The notes: generated by a model not told the origin, from the letters alone. DNA of 64,000 nt from Patescibacteria group bacterium (GCA_040387635.1 JAZKDJ010000001.1:51851-115850); one strand, 5' to 3'; counted from the first letter of the stretch, positions 45,458 to 56,671 are shown. Program-made: numbers and translations.

Positions 45458-46783
45458 CTACTCTATATTTTCTCCGTTTTGATTGAAGCCTGAAGTTTTC
45501 ATAAACCCGCCTTTGTAGAGGTACGCAGCAGCAAGTCCGAGGACAACGAGGACCAATACAACAAGGATGATGGTAAGAAGATATGGGTTGCTTTCAGTAA
45601 TCGGCGGAAGGTCTGGAGAGTAGGTCGAGTTCAATCTCTCAACTCCAAGCTTTCCACGTGTCGCACCTTCGAACGTTACGTACTGAGCAAATCTTGAAAG
45701 ATCATACTGAGGCGGAACAGCTTTCTTGTTGCCATAGAAGAGCGTGAAATTTCTTTCTCCTAACGCATCAAAGAGAAGCACTCGCGGCGATTCATAGAAT
45801 GTAGCTTGTGACGACAATGGTACTGGCGCATCATCTCCATTGTAGATTGAGATTCTTATGTAACGCGCACGTTGCTCTGAATATTCTACGTCCAATCTCT
45901 CACCTTTAAAAAGCGGAGTATCGATACGAGAAATATAATCCGTTCCAGCATAATTCCATGCCGCCTTATCGTTGCTTGATTCGATGATAATTCTGCGGTT
46001 GAAATTTTTCTGCTGAGCAAGATTGAGCTTAACCTTGTTTGTTAGCGCTCCTGAACTTCCCAAATCGAATACGTACTCGCTTCGCTTCTCCGCTGCGTTC
46101 TGCGTTACAGCTGCCTGGCTCGTAAATGTAACGACATTTTTAGTCTTGCGCTCAAGTGATGTGATTGAAGCTGAAGACACTCCAACAGGTCCTTCTGCAC
46201 CTGCTCCAATAACTACTTTTAGATACTGTGATGTTGCATAAGGATACGTAACGCGATCCGATCCACCTGTGAAGCCTGTGACATCGTCCGTGAATTTATA
46301 GATATATCCGTTAGAATTTATCAAATTCCACGCAGAGCTATCGATAGACAAAAGAGAGTCAGAACTGTATACCCTCACCTGCCGTTGATAGCGAAGTGAA
46401 TCAGTTCGAAGTTCGATTGAACTATGAATAACTCCACTTCTACCGAGATCAAGAATAAACTGCCGCTCCCCCCTTGAATTAACTGACGAATCGAGAATGG
46501 TAGGTAGCGATGTCTCTCGAGGCACATCAATATCATTGAGAACCTGATATGCAACTTCGTCACCATTGCTGTTTTTAATTCTTATATCAGCCCAATCATT
46601 GCGCGAGCTCGATGCGACATCATGATCAAGATAAACATACGCGAATGTAGACTGAGCACCTGCACTACGATCCACAATAACGTCCTTCTGGAACTGCCAC
46701 TGTGAAGCTTCAAATGCAGCAGCGACCGGTGAAGCTGAAGCAAGAACGGCGAACGCAACAATCAGATTAAGTATTTTTTTCAT
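45458..46783 (-). CDS. Secreted protein with C-terminal TM, DUF3999-like
   Basis: Signal peptide MKKILNLIVAFAVLASASPVAA, a beta-rich body, and a C-terminal TM LLTIILVVLVLVVLGLAAAYL. It is translationally coupled (TAATG) to the upstream DUF2339-like gene. Confidence 0.45.
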   Translation of the reverse strand: MKKILNLIVAFAVLASASPVAAAFEASQWQFQKDVIVDRSAGAQSTFAYVYLDHDVASSSRNDWADIRIKNSNGDEVAYQVLNDIDVPRETSLPTILDSSVNSRGERQFILDLGRSGVIHSSIELRTDSLRYQRQVRVYSSDSLLSIDSSAWNLINSNGYIYKFTDDVTGFTGGSDRVTYPYATSQYLKVVIGAGAEGPVGVSSASITSLERKTKNVVTFTSQAAVTQNAAEKRSEYVFDLGSSGALTNKVKLNLAQQKNFNRRIIIESSNDKAAWNYAGTDYISRIDTPLFKGERLDVEYSEQRARYIRISIYNGDDAPVPLSSQATFYESPRVLLFDALGERNFTLFYGNKKAVPPQYDLSRFAQYVTFEGATRGKLGVERLNSTYSPDLPPITESNPYLLTIILVVLVLVVLGLAAAYLYKGGFMKTSGFNQNGENIE

Positions 46784-48717
46784 TAGACGATTTCTTTAAG
46801 TCGATGCTTGTATTTGGCATATGCGAACGATGCTGCCAGGGCCAAGATTCCGAATACGATAGATGAAACAATCCTATAGAGTGGTCCAAGGTTCCAGATG
46901 TCTATGAACACCTTGAGAGCTGTAATGCAGAATAGTACGATAGCAAACCTTCTCGCAACTACGCTCGGCTTCGTAAAGCCAAGAGCAAGCAGAACGCCAG
47001 CATACAGTGCCCAGAAGAATGAGATTACAGTATTTTCCTGGTTTCTAAACGAAGCAATGTTCCTATACATCTGATCGGTAGGTGAAGGTGAAGGTGAATT
47101 CTCATTATAAAGTGCGTTGTCATATTCAACCCTCATTGAACTTTCCGCAACATATTGGCTGCGCTCTTGATCAATCTTCTGATCGAATGTTTTTGCAATC
47201 TCAATAGTACCAACACCTAGTGTTATTACCTGCGAGAGAACCAAGAAAACCATCACTCCCCTTTTTTGTATATCAGTGCTGATGCTTCCATATGATCTGT
47301 AGATGTATGCAATGATATAGGAGACAGCGATAGAGAGAACGCCTAGAGCAAAGTATTTATTGAAGACAGGAACGAATGCTTCCGAAGCTCCTCCGAATCC
47401 AAATATTCTATTGATATCGACATACTGTGTGAGTACGTTGAGCAAACCAAGAATATATACAATCAAACCCATAACCTGAAAACCTCGATTGGCAATCTTC
47501 GCAGCAAGGAAATACAGTACGACTGACTCAACAAGCCAAGCCACTGCAACCCATGGACCATCTAGCTGGAGAGGAACCGCGATAGAGAGGAAGACAACTG
47601 TGATTCCTGGAAGATAAATATTGAGACCTTTGTCCTCGGGATTGAGTTTGTTTGCTAGGAACGCAACCACAAGGTATACGACTGCAAGAATTACGAAGAT
47701 GAAACCTAGATAATCGCCATACTTTGGCTCAAGAATGGAATACAGAAAGCCAGAGTAAGCAATGGCGTTTAATCCAATCAATCCGTAATCGAGCGGCACA
47801 GCTTTGATTTTGTTAACAACGTTGTATACAAGGCTTGCGATTATATAGAGAACAAACGTAATCGTGAGAAAGAATATAACAGGTACCATGTAGGCTTCCT
47901 GGTAAAACTTGTCATACCACGCAAGGAAGTTGATCATAGTAATCACAAACGCTACGTAGTTGAGAGGAATCCATTTCTTGTAGATAGAAACCGCAAAAAC
48001 TCCTACATTAAGTAGTGTGATATATGAGAAGAGACCGATCATGCCTGGAGTTCCAAGCGAGATGATGAGAGGTGTTGCGAAACCACCAATGACTCCTACC
48101 ATAGCAAACGTCATAGTTGCGTTAATAATACTTATTGCAAATGAAAGTATTGTGATTGCAAACATCACGAACAATGCTACAGGCTGGCTGATCAAATGAT
48201 ACAGCGTATGTGCTGCGAAAATTGAAAGATAGAGTATAGCCACTCCCCCTCCCATGAGTAGATCCGAATACCTGAGATACTTTTTTCTAAGTGATTGACC
48301 AAGCGCCAAAAGAACAATACCGACAATGACGCCGAGCATGATAATACCTACCGGACCAATCCATCCTTCATCGAATGCGTACTTAAGGAAGAAAGCTGCA
48401 CCTGCGACAAGTGCTGCAATACCCAGTTTTCCAAGAAATCTTCCGCTTGCTTCTTCAGAAGTAACCGACGTCTCTGTTTCCATCTTGATAGGCTTCTCTA
48501 CGACTGGTGAGGCGACAGTAGCCTTCTCAGCAATGCTTTGGACTGTAAGCGGCGCTGCAGATGCAGATACCGGAGACTTGGCGTTTGAGGGCGATTGAGT
48601 AAGCGATCGAATTTTCTTCTGGAGATCGGAGACGCGATTATTGATAACGATCATCCAGACGAGCAGCACAATGAATAATATTATTTCCATGCCGTCAATT
48701 GTAGCAAAGTTTGGCAT
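46783..48717 (-). CDS. Large polytopic membrane protein, DUF2339-like
   Basis: An N-terminal TM, a short coiled segment (VSDLQKKIRSLTQ), a low-complexity linker, and then about 14-16 TMs. Confidence 0.5.
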   Translation of the reverse strand: MPNFATIDGMEIILFIVLLVWMIVINNRVSDLQKKIRSLTQSPSNAKSPVSASAAPLTVQSIAEKATVASPVVEKPIKMETETSVTSEEASGRFLGKLGIAALVAGAAFFLKYAFDEGWIGPVGIIMLGVIVGIVLLALGQSLRKKYLRYSDLLMGGGVAILYLSIFAAHTLYHLISQPVALFVMFAITILSFAISIINATMTFAMVGVIGGFATPLIISLGTPGMIGLFSYITLLNVGVFAVSIYKKWIPLNYVAFVITMINFLAWYDKFYQEAYMVPVIFFLTITFVLYIIASLVYNVVNKIKAVPLDYGLIGLNAIAYSGFLYSILEPKYGDYLGFIFVILAVVYLVVAFLANKLNPEDKGLNIYLPGITVVFLSIAVPLQLDGPWVAVAWLVESVVLYFLAAKIANRGFQVMGLIVYILGLLNVLTQYVDINRIFGFGGASEAFVPVFNKYFALGVLSIAVSYIIAYIYRSYGSISTDIQKRGVMVFLVLSQVITLGVGTIEIAKTFDQKIDQERSQYVAESSMRVEYDNALYNENSPSPSPTDQMYRNIASFRNQENTVISFFWALYAGVLLALGFTKPSVVARRFAIVLFCITALKVFIDIWNLGPLYRIVSSIVFGILALAASFAYAKYKHRLKEIV

Positions 48718-48753
48718 TTAGTTATTCACAATAGCATCGGCCTCCCTTCCAGA

Positions 48754-48781
48754 TTGACTTAGGCCCCCATTGAAGTACTCT
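48754..48781 (+). promoter_or_regulatory. Sigma70-like promoter of the 251-aa orphan
   Basis: TTGACT (48754-48759), a 16-nt spacer, then TACTCT (48776-48781). Confidence 0.45.
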
Positions 48782-48804
48782 GAAGACAGATACGCAATTC
48801 GAAA

Positions 48805-49560
48805 ATGAGTGACAAAAACTTGAATAAGAATTTGGACGAAGCTCTGCGGAAGATTCGTACGGCGCAGGATAACCTGAAGGCTCATGAGGCAAATCTCAGG
48901 ACGGCGCAGGATGAGCTCAATAAGATCACTACTGAGCAACAACCAACGATCGCCAGCATCATTAAGGAAGGTGGGACCACCGGCGATCCCTTACTGGATG
49001 AGTTCATACCTGCCTTCGGCCTTGATGAAGACTTGTTCTTCAAACTCAAAGAGCTTAGTGATAACCTCCTCATTAAGGGCAAGGGCAAAGAGCTGCTCCT
49101 CAAGGTCTGCTACTCACAAAACATATTTGGCAGTGGTTCTCGCCCTGGCGATTACCACCCTTGCACCGGCTATATCTTGGGAACCCTATCCAGGGAACGC
49201 ATCAAGGTGAAGACCCGGAACGGCGGGATTGTCATTCCCTTCAAGTCCTACGTCATGTGGGGAATGGACAACTTTGCGAATAGCAAATTAAGCGACCGCT
49301 TGTCCGGAGGATTAGAGCTCCATTCATTTTCAAGGCCTTCGAACTACGAACTGCTCCAGAGCCTCAAACCCACTGAACAGGCTTCGACGATGCAGCTTCT
49401 CTCGCTTGAAACAAAAGGCGGAACGGATAAACTCGACATCTTCCTTTGGGAACAAATCAATGCTGAGAGTGAGAAGCCCGTCGTACCACCTGACGAACTC
49501 CAGGCGGCACGTGAAGTCCTTTACAAGGAAGAACAGGTTCCCTTGCTCAGCGAAGCATGA
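48805..49560 (+). CDS. Hypothetical cytoplasmic protein with N-terminal coiled coil (GC-richer orphan)
   Basis: LDEALRKIRTAQDNLKAHEANLRTAQDELNKI followed by a globular region (GSGSRPGDYHPCTGYILG...). It has no TM or signal peptide, and I recognise no family. Confidence 0.45.
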   Translation: MSDKNLNKNLDEALRKIRTAQDNLKAHEANLRTAQDELNKITTEQQPTIASIIKEGGTTGDPLLDEFIPAFGLDEDLFFKLKELSDNLLIKGKGKELLLKVCYSQNIFGSGSRPGDYHPCTGYILGTLSRERIKVKTRNGGIVIPFKSYVMWGMDNFANSKLSDRLSGGLELHSFSRPSNYELLQSLKPTEQASTMQLLSLETKGGTDKLDIFLWEQINAESEKPVVPPDELQAAREVLYKEEQVPLLSEA

Positions 49561-49578
49561 AGTTCATTGCGATAACGC

Positions 49579-49620
49579 AAGCGGCTCGGAAGAAATCTTC
49601 CGAGCCGCTTTTTCTTTTAT
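49579..49620 (+). terminator. Intrinsic terminator
   Basis: AAGCGGCTCGGAAGA-aat-CTTCCGAGCCGCTT followed by TTTTCTTTTATTTT. Confidence 0.8.
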
Positions 49621-49637
49621 TTTATTTTTCGTTCAAC

Positions 49638-52346
49638 TTATTCCTGAACCTCGAGATCCTTCATGATGATAGGACTCTCGTTTTTGTATCCCTCACTCTT
49701 TTTTGGTTTCTTAACGTCGAATGTGAATTCGTCACCCTTCATTCCTACGTTGATAGTTCCACCCTTGAGCACTCCCTGAGAGATCATGAGGTTTGCGACA
49801 GGCGTCAGGATCCTAGACTGGATCAAGCGCTTGAGAGGTCGCGCACCGTAGTGAGGGTTGTATCCTTCCTTAGCTAGATATGTAAGCACTGGCGGAGACA
49901 CAACGAGATTGATCTCTTTTGTCTTGAGGCGGTTTTTGACGATCTCTACCTGTAGACCCACGATTTGTTCGATTGCCTTGGTATCGAGGATGTCGAAGAT
50001 AATGATGTCGTCTACTCGGTTCAAGAACTCAGGTCTGAAGTAATCCTTGAGACTGTTCATCACACGAGTCTTTGCATCTTCGTAATCCTCAGCCTGGACG
50101 TTCTCCTTGTTCTCAGTGTTTGCAACTGTCGCAAATCCGAGCTTCTGCATTTTGTCGATATACTGCGCTCCGATGTTCGAAGTCATGATGATGACAGTGT
50201 TCTTGAAGTTCACCACTCTTCCCTTTGAGTCCGTGAGGCGTCCGTTATCAAGCACTTGAAGGAGGAGGTTGAATACTTCTGGATGAGCCTTCTCAATCTC
50301 ATCGAAGAGAATGACAGAGTATGGCCTATGTCGGACAGTCTCAGTAAGTCCTCCAGATTCATCGTAACCAACATATCCTGGAGGTGCTCCAATAAGCTTA
50401 GAGATGGCATGCTTCTCCATGTACTCTGACATGTCCACTCGGATAAGAGCCTTGTCGTCGTTGAAGAGGAATTCAGCGAGTGCTTTAGTCAATTCTGTTT
50501 TACCAACTCCAGTAGGTCCTAGGAAAATAAACGAACCGATTGGTCGCTGGCTGTCAGCAATTCCTGCACGTGATCGTTTGATAGTATCGGCAATAACCTT
50601 CACAGCCTTGTCCTGGCCAACAATTCTCTTCTTGAGTTCGTCTTCCATTCGGTTGAGCTTGTATGCTTCTTCTTCCATCATTCGGGAAACTGGAATACCC
50701 GTCCATCGAGCAACCACATCCGCAATGTCCTGTTCGGTAATTTCTTCCTTGAGAATTCTTCGTGAGAGCTGGAGCTTCTTGAGTCTCTTGTTCTTTGTAT
50801 CGAGTTCTTTCTCGAGAGCTGGAATTTTGCCATATCGAATCTCAGCTGCCTTAGCCAAATCAGCTCGGCTTTCTGCAGACTCAGCTTCCAATCTCAAAGA
50901 CTCGAGATCTTTCTTGATCTGCTTGAGGCTTGTAATGATTTCTTTTTCGTTTTTCCACTTGAGTTCGAGTTCACCTGTTTTCTCCTTGTGGTCAGCAATC
51001 TCCTTCTCGATATCTGTTATTCGAGCCTTAGCGGTCTTGCTTGTTTCTTTCTTGAGCGCTTCCTTCTCAATCTCAAGTCTCATAACGCGTCGTCGAGTTT
51101 CTTCGAGTACAGGTGGCATGTTCTCAAGAGAAATCTTGAGAGCTGAAGCAGCTTCGTCTACGAGGTCAACTACCTTGTCTGGAAGGAATCTGTCTGTAAT
51201 GTATCTGGTCGAGAGGTTAACCGCTGCAACAATGGCATCGTCAGTAATATGTACGCCGTGGTAAAGCTCGTACTTCTCCTTGAGTCCTCGAAGAATAGAA
51301 ACTGCGTCTTCGTTTGAAGGTTCATTAATGTGTACTGGCTGGAATCGTCGTGTAAGTGCAGGATCCTTCTCAATATGCTTTTGGTATTCCTTGAGTGTTG
51401 TCGCACCAATAGCTCGAAGCTCTCCTCGTGCAAGAGCAGGCTTGAGCATGTTAGATGCGTCCATTGATCCTTCTGCAGATCCTGCTCCAACGAGCGTATG
51501 GATCTCATCGATGAATAGAATGATGCGGCCTTCTGATGATTCGATTTCTTTGAGCAGCTTCTTCAGTCGCTCCTCGAACTCACCTCGGTATTTCGTACCA
51601 GCAATGAGTGCACCAAGATCAAGAGAAACCAGCTCCTTGTCTCGTAGAGACTCAGGAACATCGCCTTGCGCAATTCGCGCTGCCAATCCTTCTACTACTG
51701 CTGTCTTACCCACTCCTGCTTCTCCGATGAGAATAGGGTTATTTTTTGTTCTTCGTGAGAGTATCTGAATAATTCTTAGGATCTCACTGTCTCGTCCGAT
51801 GACTGGATCAAGCTTGTTCTCTCGAGCGAGCTTGGTAAGGCTTCTTGTAAACTTGGCAAGCATTTTTGGTCGCTTCGGTTTATCACTGTCCTCGCCTTCT
51901 CCATTCTTAAGATCTTCAAGAACCTGGAGAACTGAGTCTTTTGTAATTTTGAATCGTGCAAGCGTCTCACGAGCAGGTCCTGCCACATCAAACATGGCAA
52001 TGAAGAGATGCTCTGTTGAGATAAATTCATCCTTAAGAGTCGCGGCTACTTTGCCCGCGCTTTCTAGTATCTGCGCCAATTCAGGCGTCAGGTATATCTG
52101 ATATGAGGGAGAAAGCACCGACGCACCTTCAGGTGCCTCGATTTGTTCGAGTATTAGATCGGTGAGCATAATCGTATCAATCTCAAGACGATCAAGGATT
52201 GATACCACCATGCTTTCTTCCTGCACCACAAGCGAGCAGAGCAAGTGCATTGGATTGACGTGGTTCTGACCACGCTCAATCGCAAGCTCATGGGCACGCC
52301 TGATGGCTTCCTTTGCTTTTGTTGTGAAGTTTTTAATTGGAGGCAT
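49638..52346 (-). CDS. clpB: ATP-dependent chaperone ClpB
   Basis: Clp N-domain, two AAA+ modules (GEAGVGKTA and GPTGVGKTE), and a long middle coiled coil; 902 aa. Confidence 0.95.
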   Translation of the reverse strand: MPPIKNFTTKAKEAIRRAHELAIERGQNHVNPMHLLCSLVVQEESMVVSILDRLEIDTIMLTDLILEQIEAPEGASVLSPSYQIYLTPELAQILESAGKVAATLKDEFISTEHLFIAMFDVAGPARETLARFKITKDSVLQVLEDLKNGEGEDSDKPKRPKMLAKFTRSLTKLARENKLDPVIGRDSEILRIIQILSRRTKNNPILIGEAGVGKTAVVEGLAARIAQGDVPESLRDKELVSLDLGALIAGTKYRGEFEERLKKLLKEIESSEGRIILFIDEIHTLVGAGSAEGSMDASNMLKPALARGELRAIGATTLKEYQKHIEKDPALTRRFQPVHINEPSNEDAVSILRGLKEKYELYHGVHITDDAIVAAVNLSTRYITDRFLPDKVVDLVDEAASALKISLENMPPVLEETRRRVMRLEIEKEALKKETSKTAKARITDIEKEIADHKEKTGELELKWKNEKEIITSLKQIKKDLESLRLEAESAESRADLAKAAEIRYGKIPALEKELDTKNKRLKKLQLSRRILKEEITEQDIADVVARWTGIPVSRMMEEEAYKLNRMEDELKKRIVGQDKAVKVIADTIKRSRAGIADSQRPIGSFIFLGPTGVGKTELTKALAEFLFNDDKALIRVDMSEYMEKHAISKLIGAPPGYVGYDESGGLTETVRHRPYSVILFDEIEKAHPEVFNLLLQVLDNGRLTDSKGRVVNFKNTVIIMTSNIGAQYIDKMQKLGFATVANTENKENVQAEDYEDAKTRVMNSLKDYFRPEFLNRVDDIIIFDILDTKAIEQIVGLQVEIVKNRLKTKEINLVVSPPVLTYLAKEGYNPHYGARPLKRLIQSRILTPVANLMISQGVLKGGTINVGMKGDEFTFDVKKPKKSEGYKNESPIIMKDLEVQE

Positions 52347-52416
52347 TTCCTTTAAGTTAATGATTTTTTAAGCGAAAGTCAAACACTTCGATCTCTACTA
52401 ACTTTTGGAACGCGGC

Positions 52417-53310
52417 CTATCGTGCTGTCGTGGTAGAAGTTGTGGCTGCCGTAGGTTCCGTGGTTTCGCTTTGAGGTTCTACTTTCAAACTAGGAGATGA
52501 AAACGTCGGCATAGATAGCTTAATAATGGAAGCTGGGACGAAGAGATTGCCTCCGTCTCGTGCCGCATTGGCGGTTTTAATACCCACCAATTCACCCGCG
52601 AGACTGAAGAGCATGGACGTGGAAGGAGTTAACTTTGGGTCTATATTAGAAGCTACAGTCTCAACAGTAGTTCCCGCCGCAGCTGCGATGTCTGATTTAG
52701 TATTAATAGCTTCGATCATTCCCTCCTTAACTGCAATATTCTGTCCTGATTGAATCATTATAACATTTTGTCCTAACTTGAGGGTATTTATGTGAGCAAA
52801 CGATGCTGGCATTATGAGCCTAGAACCGTTCTCCGCTGAACCAGTCTTTAGATAAGCTAATCCGTCATTTCCAGTATTGCTAATCTGTTCAACTGGGAAT
52901 TCTCTTTCATTATGAACGACAACATACCTACCTTGAGCAACCATATTGTATCTGTCAGTCACCACGATTCCGTCTTTTGAAATTACTGCGCCGAGGCCTA
53001 CATAGAATGCTGTATCAATCCCGCTGACTTTCCTATAAATTTTTACCGTACTCCTTAATGCTTTTGCTGTGGCTGACGAAACTGAAGCAGTGTCGTTTTC
53101 TGTCGCTTGCTGTTCTGGCTGTTTGGCATCAGCTTTTGTATCAGATCCTGTCTTATCAATTCCCCGCTCAACAACGCGGGTTATGGTCTGTACCACACCC
53201 TGGGATGACTGGTCCATCAGTGACACTGTCACGACGCCTGTGGCAATCGAAGACACGAAACTGACAAATAATGCCAGGAGAATAATTTGTTGCTTCGTCA
53301 GGTTCTCCAT
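52417..53310 (-). CDS. Membrane-anchored trypsin/HtrA-like domain protein, apparently catalytically dead
   Basis: N-terminal TM and an S1C-like scaffold. The His region reads IVVTDRYNMV (compare TNaHVv), Asp is retained (NDGLAYLKT), and the Ser region reads MLFSLAGELVGIK (compare GNSGGPL). Confidence 0.45.
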   Translation of the reverse strand: MENLTKQQIILLALFVSFVSSIATGVVTVSLMDQSSQGVVQTITRVVERGIDKTGSDTKADAKQPEQQATENDTASVSSATAKALRSTVKIYRKVSGIDTAFYVGLGAVISKDGIVVTDRYNMVAQGRYVVVHNEREFPVEQISNTGNDGLAYLKTGSAENGSRLIMPASFAHINTLKLGQNVIMIQSGQNIAVKEGMIEAINTKSDIAAAAGTTVETVASNIDPKLTPSTSMLFSLAGELVGIKTANAARDGGNLFVPASIIKLSMPTFSSPSLKVEPQSETTEPTAATTSTTTAR

Positions 53311-53353
53311 ACATATATTATAGTACGATTTAAACGTCCAGGCGAGATGTCAG

Positions 53354-54577
53354 CTACACAAATGCTTTGAGTGCGAGACATAGTCTCTCAACATCTCGAC
53401 GTACGGTAAATCTTCCAAATGAAATTCGTATTGAGCCACCCTGTTTTCCCATAGCTTTGAGAACATAAGACTCTTCTTCATCCCTTAGACACGAACTTTT
53501 TGTAGAAACTTCAATTCCCGCCGCATCAAGCTTGAACATAAGGAATTCATGATCAGCTCCAGGGAAAGAAATATTAATTATATGAGGAGACAGAGCATCA
53601 ACCCCATTCCAAATCGTATCAGGACGTATACCTTTCAGATAAGAAGCAAATAATTCTCGTAGACGAGCTATGCGTGCGGTTTCTTTGTTCCGTTCGCTCA
53701 CAGCTATTTCGAGTGCTTTTGCGAATCCTGCTATTTGAGGGAGTGCTTCGGTACCTGATCGTAAGCCACTTTCCTGCCCACCACCGTGAATTACAGGCGA
53801 AAGCTGTATACCTCGCTTGACCCAGAGCATTCCAACTCCTTTTGGTCCATATACTTTGTGACCATCGAGCGTGAGCATATGAACTCCGAGGCTCAATACG
53901 TTTATTTCATTATAGAGAAAACCTTGGCTCGCATCAGTATGGAATAGTGCATCCGGTGACTTCCTTTTAATAATTTTTGAAAGTTCTTTTATTTGCTGTG
54001 TAGTACCCGTCTCATTGTTAACCATCATGACGCTCACGAGAATTGTTTCTGTTGTCAGTGCATCTGCAAATCGATCAGCATCTACCACTCCGTGATCGTT
54101 CACTCCAACAAAAGATACCCTCACTCCTCTCTGTTCAAGAATCTTCAGCGGCTGCATAACTGAAGCATGCTCAATTGCAGAGGCCACAATGTGCATTGAT
54201 GTATATTCTCTTCCTTTTGCCCGGAGCGCTTCAACGAATCCAAAGAGAGCGAGGTTGTTTGCTTCCGTACCACTTGCCGTCATGACGACCTCGTCAGCAT
54301 GAGCGCTCATAGTCTTTGCTATCCTCTCACGAGCAGCGTCCAACGCCTTCTTAGTCAAAACTCCGCTTGCATGGAGCGAAGATGGATTGGTATAGCTAGA
54401 CGAATAGTATTTCCTCATCTCCATGAAAACTCGCGGATCCGTGGGAGTTATAGAGCAATAATCAAAATACGCCCTCTTGGGTCGCCTGCTGAAAAACGTT
54501 TTTAGGACATTAACCATGAGTCGAGTATACATAGAGTCCACGTCGTTCGCAATATAAAATCCTAAAAAACTAGCCAA
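53354..54577 (-). CDS. Cysteine desulfurase (class V aminotransferase, NifS/IscS-like)
   Basis: PLP-Lys region LTLDGHKVYGPKGVG, GTEANNLA, and a C-terminal SSCL active-site Cys loop (STKSSCLRDEE). The start is uncertain. Confidence 0.85.
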   Translation of the reverse strand: MASFLGFYIANDVDSMYTRLMVNVLKTFFSRRPKRAYFDYCSITPTDPRVFMEMRKYYSSSYTNPSSLHASGVLTKKALDAARERIAKTMSAHADEVVMTASGTEANNLALFGFVEALRAKGREYTSMHIVASAIEHASVMQPLKILEQRGVRVSFVGVNDHGVVDADRFADALTTETILVSVMMVNNETGTTQQIKELSKIIKRKSPDALFHTDASQGFLYNEINVLSLGVHMLTLDGHKVYGPKGVGMLWVKRGIQLSPVIHGGGQESGLRSGTEALPQIAGFAKALEIAVSERNKETARIARLRELFASYLKGIRPDTIWNGVDALSPHIINISFPGADHEFLMFKLDAAGIEVSTKSSCLRDEEESYVLKAMGKQGGSIRISFGRFTVRRDVERLCLALKAFV

Positions 54578-54622
54578 ATAGAGCCTTTTCTGCTATCCTT
54601 ACTTTGAATTTCTTCATATTCT

Positions 54623-56140
54623 ATGGCCCAAAAAACCGCCACAACTCCATTAATTTCCACCCGTCCTCCTGTGATTGTCATCATGGGTCATATTGACCAT
54701 GGTAAATCCACCCTTCTCGACTACATCAGGAAGAGCAATACTACTGCCAAAGAAGCAGGAGGAATCACTCAGCACCTAGGTGCCTACGAAGTTGCGCATA
54801 CTAACCCCCAGGGCAAGAAAGGCACACTTACATTCCTCGATACTCCAGGACACGAGGCATTCTCAGGAATCCGAGCTCGAGGAGCCAAGGTAGCGGATAT
54901 TGCCATCCTCGTCGTTTCAGCAGAAGACGGCGTGAAGCCACAGACTCTCGAAGCTCTCGAGTGTATCAAGGAAGCGAAGCTCCCTTATATAGTAGCTATC
55001 AACAAGATCGACAAGCCGAACGCCAACCCCGAAAAGACAAAACAAAACCTCGCAGAGAATGAGATATACATCGAAGGATACGGAGGAGACGTACCTTGGG
55101 TTCCTGTTTCAGCTCTCACAGGACAAGGCATTCCAGAACTTCTCGACATGGTTATGCTCGTCGCTGAAATAGCTGACCTCAAAGCAGACCTCGCTGCTCC
55201 AGCTCATGGAGTAGTCATCGAAGCGCACCGTGACAACCGCAAAGGTGTCACCGCTACTCTGTTGGTCAAAGAAGGAATACTTAAGAGCGGAGGCTACGTC
55301 GTAGCTGACAACGCTTTCTCGCCTGTAAGAATCTTCGAAGACTTTCAGGGAAAACCTATCAAGGAAGCCAAAGCAGGAAGCCCTTGTCGAGTTATTGGAT
55401 GGTCACTCATTCCAGCAGTAGGCGCACAGTTCTTCGCTTATGAGTCAAAGCGCGACGCTGAAGAAACAGCAAACTCATTCAAGCCAGTAGTACAGAAGGA
55501 TCTTGGTTCAAGACCAAACAACGGTCAGAACGAAAAAATCCTCCTCCCTCTCATCATCAAAGCTGACGCCACAGGAAGCCTCGAAGGTATTCGCCATGAG
55601 TTTGCAAAGATCCAGCACGACAAGGTGGCATTCAAGATCGTTTCAGAAGCAATCGGTAACATCAGTGAAGCTGACCTCAAAGCAGCACAAGGATTACCAA
55701 GCACAATCATCCTTGGATTCAACATCGATATCGATCCAAAAGCAGCATCTATGCTCGAGCGTAACCCGATGAATGTTAAGACGTACAAAATCATCTACGA
55801 ACTAACCGAGTACGCAAAGACAGAACTCATGAAGTTAGTTCCTAAGGAGAAAATCGTTGAGACATTAGGCTCAGCGAAGGTCCAAGCAATCTTCAGCAAG
55901 AACAAGGACAAGCAGATCGTAGGTGGTAAGGTCCAGAAAGACTCCATCATGGTTGGCGCCGAGGTAAAGATCATCCGCCGCGATGCTGAGATCGGCCTTG
56001 GCCGTATCCGAGAGCTTCAGCAGCAGAAAGAAAAAGCTCAGGAAGTGCGCGAGGGATATGAATTCGGAGCAATGCTTGAATCAAAGATCGAAATCGCTCC
56101 AGGCGACAAGATCGAAGCGTTTAGAATTGTAGAAAGATAA
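54623..56140 (+). CDS. infB: Translation initiation factor IF-2 (short form, 505 aa)
   Basis: G-domain motifs [17 protein letters not shown] and NKIDK. There is no long N-terminal region. Confidence 0.95.
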   Translation: MAQKTATTPLISTRPPVIVIMGHIDHGKSTLLDYIRKSNTTAKEAGGITQHLGAYEVAHTNPQGKKGTLTFLDTPGHEAFSGIRARGAKVADIAILVVSAEDGVKPQTLEALECIKEAKLPYIVAINKIDKPNANPEKTKQNLAENEIYIEGYGGDVPWVPVSALTGQGIPELLDMVMLVAEIADLKADLAAPAHGVVIEAHRDNRKGVTATLLVKEGILKSGGYVVADNAFSPVRIFEDFQGKPIKEAKAGSPCRVIGWSLIPAVGAQFFAYESKRDAEETANSFKPVVQKDLGSRPNNGQNEKILLPLIIKADATGSLEGIRHEFAKIQHDKVAFKIVSEAIGNISEADLKAAQGLPSTIILGFNIDIDPKAASMLERNPMNVKTYKIIYELTEYAKTELMKLVPKEKIVETLGSAKVQAIFSKNKDKQIVGGKVQKDSIMVGAEVKIIRRDAEIGLGRIRELQQQKEKAQEVREGYEFGAMLESKIEIAPGDKIEAFRIVER

Positions 56141-56160
56141 ATTATTGTATACTACCAACC

Positions 56161-56505
56161 ATGGCAGACGTAAGAGACAACAGAGATAATAAGATGAAGG
56201 ACGAGGTCAAGCGATTGGCATCGGAGTTTTTGCTGCGTGAGTCAAACTTCACTTCCCTCATCACCATCACTGATGTCAGAATGACTGACCGTGGAAAACA
56301 AGCTCTCATTCTCTTCACTGTCCTTCCTGAGGATAAACAGGATGAGGCGCTTAATTTCCTTAAACGAAAGCGCGCCGAGTTCCGAGATCACGTGATGAAC
56401 GGTTCACGAATTTCACGCGTGCCGTTCTTCGATTTCGATATCGATACAGGTGAAAAGAATCGACAAAAGATCGAGGAGATTTCAATGGAAATCGAAAAAT
56501 CCTAA
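56161..56505 (+). CDS. rbfA: Ribosome-binding factor A
   Basis: 114 aa directly downstream of infB, with the pattern VKRLASEFLLRE...ITITDVRMTDRGKQALILF. Confidence 0.85.
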   Translation: MADVRDNRDNKMKDEVKRLASEFLLRESNFTSLITITDVRMTDRGKQALILFTVLPEDKQDEALNFLKRKRAEFRDHVMNGSRISRVPFFDFDIDTGEKNRQKIEEISMEIEKS

Positions 56506-56529
56506 CGGATCAAGTATAATAGCGAACAA

Positions 56530-56604
56530 GGCCACGTAGAAAAGTGGTAATTCGGAAGTCTGCAAAACTTCTATGCGCGAGTTCGATTCTCGCCGTGGCC
56601 TCCA
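56530..56604 (+). tRNA. tRNA-Cys (anticodon GCA), CCA encoded
   Basis: Acceptor GGCCACG/CGTGGCC, anticodon loop CTGCAAA, T-arm GCGAG-TTCGATT-CTCGC, then TCCA. Confidence 0.9.
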
Positions 56605-56671
56605 TTTCAATCTCTTTCGTCGCCTGTGATCTTTTGCTTTTTTCCTTAATTCAATTAAACTTCTAGTACAT

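Noticed and set aside
50404-51264. A 286-aa plus-strand ORF, plus the neighbouring 162-aa ORF at 51280-51768, lies inside clpB.
   Set aside because: These ORFs are antisense to a confidently identified ClpB. They are Ser/Leu/Arg-rich and low complexity, which is typical of the mirror frame of a highly expressed gene. They have no promoter or terminator of their own.
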